Assembly (NCBI GenBank): GCA_964244185.1 | Contig: CAXTHQ010000010.1 | Span: forward strand, 1,884-65,883 | Reading direction: 5' to 3' | Length of the DNA stretch: 64,000 nucleotides | Source: an uncultured Sphingomonas sp. | GTDB lineage: Bacteria; Pseudomonadota; Alphaproteobacteria; Sphingomonadales; Sphingomonadaceae | Part shown: positions 1 to 8,016 of the stretch, one piece after another | Position numbering within the stretch: the first letter of the stretch is position 1 | Layout of the letters: each line of letters begins with the position of its first letter | Notes under the pieces: model-generated | The model's input: only the letters and a program-made list of their open reading frames with translations | What the model was told of the DNA's origin: nothing | Databases searched by the model: none | Translations under genes and position numbers: made by a program

Positions 1-452
1 CTGCCGTCAGGCGCGGCGGCGAGATCGCCATAGGTCCGGAACACCGCCACCTCGGCGGTCAGCCCCGCCGCCGGCGTCGCCCCCGAATTACCGAGCGCGA
101 CCAGCTTCAGCTTCTGCGGGAAGGGCGCGACCACCTCGGCGGTCTCGACGCCGCGCAGCCAGACCGGCATCTGGTACGTCTCGATATGGACGTTGCGGAA
201 CCCGAGCGCCTTGAGCTTCGCGACCGCCCAGGTCCGCGCCTCCGCCTCCGCCTCCGTCGCGGCGAGCCGTTGCCCGACCTCGGTCGTCAGCCCCTCGACA
301 ATCTCATAGGCGAGCGTGTCGTCCAACGCCGCGTCGCGCAGCCTGGCGACCGCCGGATCGACCGGGGCGGGCGGCGGCGGCGCCTGGCGCTGGGCGAGGG
401 CGGGGGTGGCGAGGAGGAAGACGGCGATTACAATGCTGTAAGAATGTTTCAT
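1..452 (-). CDS. M28 family metallopeptidase (carboxypeptidase Q-like), N-terminal part; runs off the window edge
   Basis: Manual translation MKHSYSIVIAVFLLATPALAQ...AYEIVEGLTTEVGQRLAATEAE...LGFRNVHIE...VWLRG...LVALGNSGATP. Signal peptide plus the N-terminal pattern typical of secreted M28 peptidases. Not in the ORF track. Confidence 0.75.
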   Translation of the reverse strand, partial: MKHSYSIVIAVFLLATPALAQRQAPPPPAPVDPAVARLRDAALDDTLAYEIVEGLTTEVGQRLAATEAEAEARTWAVAKLKALGFRNVHIETYQMPVWLRGVETAEVVAPFPQKLKLVALGNSGATPAAGLTAEVAVFRTYGDLAAAPDG

Positions 453-456
453 CGGG

Positions 457-894
457 CTACCTGGATTGCAGGGTGGATTGGGCAGGATAGCCGAGCAAGC
501 GGGCTGCCGCATGTTGCTGGCGATCATGGGTCAGGAGCGGCAGCTTGATCCGCTCGGCCGTGGCGATGTGAATGGCGTCGGGAAGCTTCAGCGACAGGGA
601 CGGTCGGCCGACCAACGCCGTTGCCCGGATCACGTCCGTGGAGACAATCGGCTCGTAATGCCAGCGTTCCAGATAGCGGCGTGTCTCGACAATCTTTGTC
701 GCCGCGAACTCATCCGTCCTGTGTCGGGCACGGACGCGCGCGGAAATGGCTGACACCACCTCGCCCAAGCCGAAGTCACTGTAGGTCAGCAACGTGGCAT
801 CGTTGATGATCGAAAACAAATCTCGCTGGTCGAGATCGCCCAGAATAAGCCCTGCGATAACGCTCGGATCTACATAGAAGCGCCGCGTGCTCAA
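457..894 (-). CDS. VapC-family PIN-domain toxin
   Basis: 145 aa with PIN acidic motifs YVDPSV, LGEVVS, LPDAIHIATA, LLTHD; overlaps the upstream small gene by 4 bp. Confidence 0.85.
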   Translation of the reverse strand: MSTRRFYVDPSVIAGLILGDLDQRDLFSIINDATLLTYSDFGLGEVVSAISARVRARHRTDEFAATKIVETRRYLERWHYEPIVSTDVIRATALVGRPSLSLKLPDAIHIATAERIKLPLLTHDRQQHAAARLLGYPAQSTLQSR

Positions 895-1136
895 CGATCG
901 GCGGCGTCACGCAGGTCACGCACAAGCTGCCCTGCATCCGGCACCCGCAATTCCTTCAGCGATTCGCGCAGTTTCAGCAGCGCCTCGACGTCGGGCGACG
1001 GCGCTCGGTCCAGCTCGGTCGACTGGAGCTTGACCACGGCCTTGCCATCGCGCGTCAGCACGACCTCGTCGCCACGCTCAACCGCCTCGACCAGACGTTC
1101 GGTTTCGCCTGTGATGGGAACCTCGAACCGCTCCAT
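891..1136 (-). CDS. Antitoxin (Phd/YefM-like) of a type II TA pair
   Basis: ERLVEAVERGDEVVLTRDGKAVVKL resembles the Phd/YefM core; directly upstream of and coupled to the PIN gene. Start moved to the ATG at 1136. Confidence 0.75.
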   Translation of the reverse strand: MERFEVPITGETERLVEAVERGDEVVLTRDGKAVVKLQSTELDRAPSPDVEALLKLRESLKELRVPDAGQLVRDLRDAADR

Positions 1137-1238
1137 GGTGCTGGTGTAGCGCCGCCGCCCCGCGTTGCCAATCGCCGCCACGGCGACTACATGCGCGTCC
1201 ACATCCCGCAGCGTCGAATCCGGAGCTCAGCGACCCCC

Positions 1239-2918
1239 ATGGCCGTCCAGTATACCTATGTCATGAAGGGTCTGACCAAGACCTTCCCGGGCGCGAACAA
1301 GCCCGTGCTCAACAACATCCATTTGCAGTTCATCCCCGGCGCGAAGATCGCGATCATCGGGCCGAACGGCTCTGGCAAGTCGACGCTGATGAAGATCATG
1401 GGCGGCATAGATACCGAGTTCCAGGGCGAGGCCTGGGCGGCGGAGGGCCTACGCGTCGGCTATCTGCCGCAGGAGCCGCAGCTCGACGCGACCAAGACGG
1501 TGATCGAGAACGTCCGCCTCGGCGCCGGGCCGGTGGTCGGCATGATCGATCGGTTCAACGCGATCTCGGCCGAGATGGGCGATCCCCAGGACGACACCGA
1601 TTTCGACGCGCTGATGGAGGAGATGGGCGATCTCCAGGCCAAGATCGACGCCGCCGACGGCTGGTCGCTCGACAGCCAGCTGGAGCAGGCGATGGAGGCG
1701 ATGCGCTGCCCGCCCTCGGACAGTCCGGTCACCAACCTGTCGGGCGGCGAGAAGCGCCGCGTCGCGCTCGTGCAGCTCCTGCTGGAGAAACCCGACATCC
1801 TGCTGCTCGACGAGCCGACCAACCATCTCGACGCCGAGAGCGTGGCGTGGCTGGAAAACTTCCTGAAAGAATATGCGGGCAACGTCATCCTCGTCACTCA
1901 CGACCGCTATTTCCTCGATAATGTCGTCAACTGGGTGCTCGAGCTCGATCGTGGGCGCTACTACACCTACGAAAGCAACTATTCCGGCTATCTGGAGAAG
2001 AAAGCCAAGCGGCTCGAGCAGGAGGAGCGCGAGGAGCAGGGCAAGCAGCGCGCGATCGCCGACGAGCTCGCCTGGATGCGCCAGACCCCCAAGGCGCGCC
2101 AGACCAAGTCCAAGGCGCGCATCCGCGCCTTCGACGAGCTGATGGAGAAGCAGGAGAGCCGCGTCGCCGGCAAGGCCGCGATCCTGATCCAGCTCCCCCA
2201 GCGGCTCGGCGGCAAGGTGATCGAGGCCAAGGGGCTGACCAAGGCCTATGGCGACAAATTGCTGTTCGACGGGCTCGACTTCACATTGCCGCCCGGCGGC
2301 ATCGTCGGCGTGATCGGCCCGAACGGCGCGGGCAAGTCGACGCTGTTCAAGCTCATCACCGGCCAGGAACAGCCCGACACCGGCACGATCGAGGTCGGCT
2401 CCACCGTCAAGCTCGGCTATGTCGACCAGTCGCGCGACGATCTCAATCCGGCCAACAACGTCTGGGAGGAAATCAGCGACAAGCTGGAGGTGTTCCGCTT
2501 CGGCAAGCAGGAGATGGGCACGCGTGCCTATGTCGGCGCCTTCAATTTCCGCGGGCCGGACCAGCAGAAGAAGGTCGGCCAGCTATCGGGCGGTGAGCGC
2601 AATCGTGTCCATATGGCCAAGATGCTCAAGGAGGGCGGCAACGTCCTGCTCCTCGACGAGCCGACCAACGATCTCGACGTCGAGACGCTGCGCGCGCTGG
2701 AGGAGGCGCTGGAGACCTTCGCCGGCTGCGCGGTGGTCATCAGCCACGACCGCTTCTTTCTCGATCGTCTCTGCACGCACATCCTGGCGTTCGAGGGCGA
2801 TAGCCATGTCGAGTGGTTCGAGGGGAATTACGAGAGCTATGAAGAGGACAAGCGCCGGCGGCTGGGTGATGCGGCGGATCGGCCGACGCGATTGGCGTAC
2901 AAGAAGCTGACGCGGTAA
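1239..2918 (+). CDS. ettA: Energy-dependent translational throttle ABC-F ATPase
   Basis: Two ABC domains (GPNGSGKST, LSGGE, LLLDEPTNHLD; GPNGAGKST), linker PKARQTKSKARI, C-terminal YKKLTR. Confidence 0.95.
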   Translation: MAVQYTYVMKGLTKTFPGANKPVLNNIHLQFIPGAKIAIIGPNGSGKSTLMKIMGGIDTEFQGEAWAAEGLRVGYLPQEPQLDATKTVIENVRLGAGPVVGMIDRFNAISAEMGDPQDDTDFDALMEEMGDLQAKIDAADGWSLDSQLEQAMEAMRCPPSDSPVTNLSGGEKRRVALVQLLLEKPDILLLDEPTNHLDAESVAWLENFLKEYAGNVILVTHDRYFLDNVVNWVLELDRGRYYTYESNYSGYLEKKAKRLEQEEREEQGKQRAIADELAWMRQTPKARQTKSKARIRAFDELMEKQESRVAGKAAILIQLPQRLGGKVIEAKGLTKAYGDKLLFDGLDFTLPPGGIVGVIGPNGAGKSTLFKLITGQEQPDTGTIEVGSTVKLGYVDQSRDDLNPANNVWEEISDKLEVFRFGKQEMGTRAYVGAFNFRGPDQQKKVGQLSGGERNRVHMAKMLKEGGNVLLLDEPTNDLDVETLRALEEALETFAGCAVVISHDRFFLDRLCTHILAFEGDSHVEWFEGNYESYEEDKRRRLGDAADRPTRLAYKKLTR

Positions 2919-2944
2919 AGGGTTTAACGGGTGTCTGGAGCAAG

Positions 2945-3172
2945 TTGAATGCGCGTGATACTGGCCTTAATCGCGATTTTCACGATCGTCTGGATTTTCA
3001 AAGGCTGAGTGATGACGCCATAAGCGAATTGATCAATCATTGGCGTACCTTTGACCCAACCCCGGCCATCTGCTTACTCATCGCGCCGATCAATCGCGTT
3101 GTCCTTCCGTCAAACCAACGTCGTGCGGCGGCAGCATGGCTGGAGGAGACGCCATTCTGCATCGCCTCCTGA
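2945..3172 (+). CDS. Possible small hypothetical protein or remnant
   Basis: 75-aa TTG-start ORF filling a visibly lower-GC gap; no motif recognised. Confidence 0.3.
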   Translation: MNARDTGLNRDFHDRLDFQRLSDDAISELINHWRTFDPTPAICLLIAPINRVVLPSNQRRAAAAWLEETPFCIAS

Positions 3173-3202
3173 GTTCGACTTAACGATAAGCAGCGGCTTC
3201 GC

Positions 3203-3772
3203 TTAAAGTCCCGTCGTGTCGATTGCTACGCCTCTGATGGTCACCGAAGTCATGGTCGCGCCAAAGGGATGTTCGTTCTCCTTTGCATAGCCGTCGGCGG
3301 TCGGTTGCCACCGCTGGACGATCCGGCTTTCCTCGCGATCGATAACCCAATATTCGGGCACGCCTGCGCGCGCGTAAACGGTCGATTTCTTGCCTAGGTC
3401 GTGGACACGGGTGCTATCGGACACCTCCACCGCCAAGCGGATTTTGGCGAGCGGGATGCCTTTATCGTCGTGATCATCACCCACTGACACGTCAGGCTCG
3501 GGCACGCTGTCGTCGGCGAGGTCGACGCTGCCCGAAGTGTAGACGACCAAGTCCGAAGCGAGTTGACGCAGGGCGAAGGTGAGGTCGGCCGATATCCGCG
3601 CCGTCGTCTTGGCGTGCCAGGCCCAAACCGAGTTCACGACCCATATCTCCCCCTCGATCAATTCGGATTTGGCATAAGCGTCAAAGACTCCTGCGTCGGC
3701 CAACAGCCAATAGTCCGCTGCCGTCAGCCCGATCCGTTGGACGTCCGTCGTTATGGGAAGCTGGACGGTCAT
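3203..3772 (-). CDS. Uma2 (DUF820) family PD-(D/E)XK-like endonuclease
   Basis: Motifs ELIEGEI, PEPDVSV, LAVEVSDST..HDLGKK..YARAGVPEYWVID. Confidence 0.9.
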   Translation of the reverse strand: MTVQLPITTDVQRIGLTAADYWLLADAGVFDAYAKSELIEGEIWVVNSVWAWHAKTTARISADLTFALRQLASDLVVYTSGSVDLADDSVPEPDVSVGDDHDDKGIPLAKIRLAVEVSDSTRVHDLGKKSTVYARAGVPEYWVIDREESRIVQRWQPTADGYAKENEHPFGATMTSVTIRGVAIDTTGL

Positions 3773-3808
3773 GGCGCAAGAATATCGGATCGCGCGGTTC
3801 CGATCAAC

Positions 3809-4951
3809 TCACGCCACCTTCTCCACCGCCCGCGCGAACGCCGCCATCTCCGCCGCCGAGCCCACCGTCACCCGCCCGACGTTCGGCCAGATGTCCCAGC
3901 TCCGCCCGATCTGCACCCCCTCGGCTAGCAGCTTCGCCTGCATCTCCTTGGCCGGGCGGCCCCAGTCGACCATGAACATGTTGGCGCGGCTGCCCGGGAT
4001 GACCTTCAGCCCATGCGCCTTGACGCGGGCGATGGCGGTCTCGCGCACCGCGATCATCTCGGCGCGCCGTGCGACGATCCGGTCGGCCTGCACCAGCGAT
4101 GCCGTGCCGCACGCGACCGCCGTCATCGGCAGCATCGCGGTCACCTGGCCGCCGTCGTAACGCATCATCCGCTCGTGCAGCCTGGGGTTGGCGATCGTCA
4201 GCCCCAGCCGCATCCCCGCCATGCCGAACAGCTTGGAGAAGGTGCGCATGACGATGACGTCGTCGCGCCCCGCCGCCAGCTTCGCGGCATTCGGCGCATC
4301 GGCCCAGTGGATATAGGCCTCGTCGACCAGCAGGATCGCGTCCTTCGGCTTGTTCGCCGCCAGCCATTCGATATCGGCGAGCGGGGTCAGCGTGCCGGTC
4401 GGGTTGTTGGGCGAGCAGACGTAATACAGCCCGGCGTTGGGGTCCGCCGCCAGCATTGCCCTGACGTCGTGGCGGTAGTCCGGGGTCAGCGGCACGCGCG
4501 TCACCTTCGCGCCCAGCCACGCGCCGGTGCGCCAGATCGCCTCATAGGCCGGATTGGCGGTGACGATGCCGCGCGTCGGCGAGGCGAAGGTGACGGCGAC
4601 ACGGTTGAGCGGATCGCTCGATCCCGGCCAGGCGACCACCGTGTCGGCGCGCACGCCCTCGACCGCTGCCACCGCCGCGAACAGCTTGGCGTGCTCCTCG
4701 TCGGGCTCGTAGCGGTTGCCCGTCGCCGCGATCCGCGCCGCCGCCGCGACGCCGACCGCGAAGGGGCCGGTCCAGCATTCGTTCGCGCCGATCCGGATCG
4801 CGCCCGCGATCGGCTTCGCCGCCTGTTGCGCCGCGGCGGGTAGCGCCCGGCCGGCGGCCAACCCCGCGCCGAGCAGTGCCGCGACCCGGCCCAGTTGCCG
4901 CCGCGAATAGCCGCGATCGAGCAGTTCCTCGTTCACCATCCTGTCCATCAT
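3809..4951 (-). CDS. PLP-dependent class I/II aminotransferase (HisC-like) with Tat-like signal
   Basis: CSPNNPTG, LVDEAY, RTFSKLFGMAGMRLG; N-terminal SRRQL followed by a hydrophobic stretch and AAAQ. Confidence 0.85.
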   Translation of the reverse strand: MMDRMVNEELLDRGYSRRQLGRVAALLGAGLAAGRALPAAAQQAAKPIAGAIRIGANECWTGPFAVGVAAAARIAATGNRYEPDEEHAKLFAAVAAVEGVRADTVVAWPGSSDPLNRVAVTFASPTRGIVTANPAYEAIWRTGAWLGAKVTRVPLTPDYRHDVRAMLAADPNAGLYYVCSPNNPTGTLTPLADIEWLAANKPKDAILLVDEAYIHWADAPNAAKLAAGRDDVIVMRTFSKLFGMAGMRLGLTIANPRLHERMMRYDGGQVTAMLPMTAVACGTASLVQADRIVARRAEMIAVRETAIARVKAHGLKVIPGSRANMFMVDWGRPAKEMQAKLLAEGVQIGRSWDIWPNVGRVTVGSAAEMAAFARAVEKVA

Positions 4952-4960
4952 GCCCTCCAT

Positions 4961-5791
4961 TCAATAGCCGATTGCCTTGCGCATCATCGTGATGCCGATT
5001 ACCACCAGATAGACGCCGAACACGCGCTTCAGCAGCGCGCCGTCGAGGCTGTGCGCCGCCGCGACGCCCCAGGGCGCGGTCAGCATCGAGGTCGATGCGA
5101 TCGCCGCCGCCGCCGGCAGATTGATATAGCCGAGCGACCCCCAGGCCAGCCCAGGCTCGCCGAAGCCGATCAGCGCGAAGCCGACCGATGTGGGCACCGC
5201 GATCAGTGTGCCGACGCCCGATGCGGTCGCGATCGCGCGGTGGATGGAGCGCCCGCACAGCGTCATCACCATGATCGCGATCGTGCCGCCGCCGATGCCG
5301 AGCAGCGAGGAGAAGGTGCCGAGCCCCCCGGCGATGCCGACCCGCGCCATCGGCCCGGGCATCTGATCCGACAACACTCGGTCGCCGACGCGTGGCAGCA
5401 GGAAGTTGAGCGACATGAGGATGACGCCCGTGGCGAAGATCAGCAACAGCACATGGCCGTCGACCCGGTCGGCCAGCGCCACGCCGAGTCCGCAGCCGAG
5501 CACCAGCCACGGCGCCCAGCTTCGCAGCACCTCGAAATCGACGGCGTCGCGCCGGGCGTGCGCGCGCAGCGATCGCAGCGAGGTGAAGATGATCGTCGCC
5601 GCCGAGGTGCCGATCGCGACATGCGCATATTGGGCCGGGTCGCCGCCCAGCATCGGCAGCACGAGCAGCAAGGCGGGCACGACGACGAAGCCGCCGCCGA
5701 TCCCGAACAACCCGGCCGCGAAGCCCGCCAGCAATCCCGCCGCGAGCATCGCGACGAGCGGGGTTAAACTGGCGACGACGAATCCATGCAC
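4961..5791 (-). CDS. TauE/SafE (TSUP) family membrane exporter
   Basis: Repeated GLFGIGGG / SLLGIGGG, AIGTS, AIATAS motifs, multiple TM segments; AAGGAGG precedes the GTG at 5791. Confidence 0.85.
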   Translation of the reverse strand: MHGFVVASLTPLVAMLAAGLLAGFAAGLFGIGGGFVVVPALLLVLPMLGGDPAQYAHVAIGTSAATIIFTSLRSLRAHARRDAVDFEVLRSWAPWLVLGCGLGVALADRVDGHVLLLIFATGVILMSLNFLLPRVGDRVLSDQMPGPMARVGIAGGLGTFSSLLGIGGGTIAIMVMTLCGRSIHRAIATASGVGTLIAVPTSVGFALIGFGEPGLAWGSLGYINLPAAAAIASTSMLTAPWGVAAAHSLDGALLKRVFGVYLVVIGITMMRKAIGY

Positions 5792-5895
5792 GCGAGAGCG
5801 GCCTCCTTGGCTGGCACTCCTGCGGGTCGGCACGCGGCGCTATAGCGCCGTCGCTGTGGGGCAAATTGCGCGCGCCTCATGCGAAAGGCAAGCGC

Positions 5896-6597
5896 TCAAT
5901 AGCTCAGCTTGGGATACCAGTCCGCGCCGCGCCCGTCCGGCGTCAGGTCGAGGATCGACCAGAGGCTGGCGATGTCGGGCGCGTCGCGCGGATCCTGTCC
6001 GGGATCGGCGGTCGCCATCGACTGCGCGCTCGACCAGAATAGCCGCACGACGTCGCCGTCGCGCCGGAACACCCAGAAGCCGGGGTTCTCGGTACCGTCG
6101 TCGTTGAGCAACCCGAGGTCGCGCGCCCAGTCGTCGCCGATCGTCTCGACGAACGTCAGATGCTTCCACCCACGCTCCTCGGCGAACGCGACCTGGCGTT
6201 CGACCGGTGAGCGGCCGAGGATACGCAAGCTCGCGCGCTGCTCGATGTCCGGCGCGTTGCGGTTCACGCTGCCGAGCCAGTTGGTGCACATCGGGCAGGG
6301 CCGCGCGCGGTCGGGGCCATACATCCAGAAATAGGCGATTAGCGTGTCGCGGTCGCCGAACAGGTCGGCCAGGCCGACCTCGTCGCCGTTGGCGTCGCGG
6401 AAGCGATAGTCCTTCTCGATCACCGGCCCCGGCGGCAGCGCGCGGCGTCGTTCGGCGATGCGCGTCAGCAGCCGGCGCGCCTCGATCTCCTCGGCGAACA
6501 GCGCCCGCCGCGCCGAGCGATAGGCGTCGCTCGCGCCCGGAAACGAAATGCCGGCCTTCTCCGCCAGCGTCTCGACCGGGAGCATCGTGTCGACCAT
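5896..6597 (-). CDS. DUF899 family thioredoxin-like protein
   Basis: RRALPPGP, LADLFG, PCPMCT, LDLTPDGRG motifs. Confidence 0.85.
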   Translation of the reverse strand: MVDTMLPVETLAEKAGISFPGASDAYRSARRALFAEEIEARRLLTRIAERRRALPPGPVIEKDYRFRDANGDEVGLADLFGDRDTLIAYFWMYGPDRARPCPMCTNWLGSVNRNAPDIEQRASLRILGRSPVERQVAFAEERGWKHLTFVETIGDDWARDLGLLNDDGTENPGFWVFRRDGDVVRLFWSSAQSMATADPGQDPRDAPDIASLWSILDLTPDGRGADWYPKLSY

Positions 6598-6606
6598 CTT
6601 CCTCTC

Positions 6607-7380
6607 CTATCGCAGCCTTTTCACGTACAGCCGGCCGCTCTCGCGCCGCTCGGTCTGGAAATTGGGCACCGCCTTGATGAGGTCCGACAGGCGCGGATAG
6701 CCGTAATTGCGCGCGTCGAAGCTGGAGCGGTTGCCGGCGAGCTGACCCATCTCCGACAGCATGACATAGCCGCGGTCGTCGCGCTTGGCCGCGCCATAGG
6801 CGTCGATCAGCAGCTTGAGCAGCTCGTCGTCGACCGGCGCCGGCTTGCTTGGCGGACGCGAGGTGCCGATCGCCGGCGGCAACGCCTGGTCGATCGGCAC
6901 GTCGACGTTGACCGGGGCCGCCTGGGCCTGCTCCACCACGTCGAGCCGGTCGACGTCGAAGAAGCGGGTGCAGGCGGTCCTGAACCCCTCCGGCGTCGTC
7001 GCGCGGCCGAAGCCATAGACGGGCAGCCCGTCCTGCTTGATCCGCGTCGCCAGCGGCATGAAGTCGGAGTCCGACGACATGATCCCGAACCCCTCGACGC
7101 GACCCCGGAACAAGAGGTCCATCGCGTCGATCGTCATCTTCATGTCGGTCGCGTTCTTGCCCTTGGTCAGGTCGAACTGCTGCTGCGGCTCCAGCCCGTG
7201 CTTGATCGACATGTCCTGCCAGCCCTTCAGCCCCGGCTTCGACCAATTGCCGTAGACGCGCCGGACGTTGATCGTGCCGAGCTCGGCCAGCACCGTCAGC
7301 ACGGGGTCGAGCGCGTGCCAGGACGCATTGTCGGCGTCGATCAGCAGGGCGATGTTGCGGGTGGAGGTATCGTCGGGCAT
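6607..7380 (-). CDS. NYN (LabA/DUF88) domain protein with C-terminal OST-HTH/LOTUS domain
   Basis: ALLIDADN, RRVYGNW, KNATD, SSDSDF motifs; C-terminal FDARNYGYPRLSDL. Confidence 0.9.
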   Translation of the reverse strand: MPDDTSTRNIALLIDADNASWHALDPVLTVLAELGTINVRRVYGNWSKPGLKGWQDMSIKHGLEPQQQFDLTKGKNATDMKMTIDAMDLLFRGRVEGFGIMSSDSDFMPLATRIKQDGLPVYGFGRATTPEGFRTACTRFFDVDRLDVVEQAQAAPVNVDVPIDQALPPAIGTSRPPSKPAPVDDELLKLLIDAYGAAKRDDRGYVMLSEMGQLAGNRSSFDARNYGYPRLSDLIKAVPNFQTERRESGRLYVKRLR

Positions 7381-7411
7381 CGTCCCTTCGTCGGGCACCG
7401 GCCGGCCCGCG

Positions 7412-7897
7412 TCAATGCGGCGGGTAGGCGATGCCCGTCACCTCATAGTCCTTTTCGCCCGCGGGCAGCGTCACGCGCCGCACATCGCCGACCGCCGCGC
7501 CGCGTAGCGCGCGGGCGAGGGGGGCGCTCCAGCCGACGCAGCCCCTGGCGGCGTCGGTCTCGTCATCGCCGACCAGCGTCAGGATGCGCTCGCGGTCGTC
7601 CTCGTCGGCGATCGTCACCGTCGCGCCGAACCAGGCGCGGGCGCGATCCGCCTGCTGCGTCGGATCGATGACCTTCGCCGCCTTCATCCGCTTCGCCAGC
7701 CAGCCCAGCCGCCGGTCGATCTCGCGCAGGCGTTTCTTGCCGTAGATGTAATCACCGTTTTCCGAGCGGTCGCCGTTGCCGGCGGCCCAGGCGATCGTCT
7801 CGACCAGCGCGGGGCGTTCGGTGGCGAAGAGCTGCTCATATTCGCCGCGCAGTGCTGCGAAGCCGGCGGGAGTTATATAATTCGGGCGATCCATCAT
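7412..7897 (-). CDS. greB: Transcription elongation factor GreB
   Basis: NYITPAG, WAAGNGDRSENGDYIYGKKRLREIDRR. Confidence 0.95.
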   Translation of the reverse strand: MMDRPNYITPAGFAALRGEYEQLFATERPALVETIAWAAGNGDRSENGDYIYGKKRLREIDRRLGWLAKRMKAAKVIDPTQQADRARAWFGATVTIADEDDRERILTLVGDDETDAARGCVGWSAPLARALRGAAVGDVRRVTLPAGEKDYEVTGIAYPPH

Positions 7898-7903
7898 ACC
7901 CCC

Positions 7904-8014
7904 CGTCATCCCGGCCTCGTGCCGGAATCCACGCCCGCGTGAGACATACCGTTTGTGTCATCTTGGCGATACCAGCTCGACGAACGTGGATGCCGGCACA
8001 GGGCCGGCATGACG
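7904..8014. repeat. CGTCA-family palindromic element (two hairpin arms plus spacer)
   Basis: cgtcatcccggcctcgtgccggaatccac ... gtggatgccggcacagggccggcatgacg; homologous to copies at 29862, 39919, 48962 and 28218. Confidence 0.9.
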
Positions 8015-8016
8015 CG

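Noticed and set aside
3203-7380. Uma2 + NYN + VapC as a defence island
   Set aside because: They are separated by metabolic or housekeeping genes, not operonic, and each family is common as a stand-alone gene.
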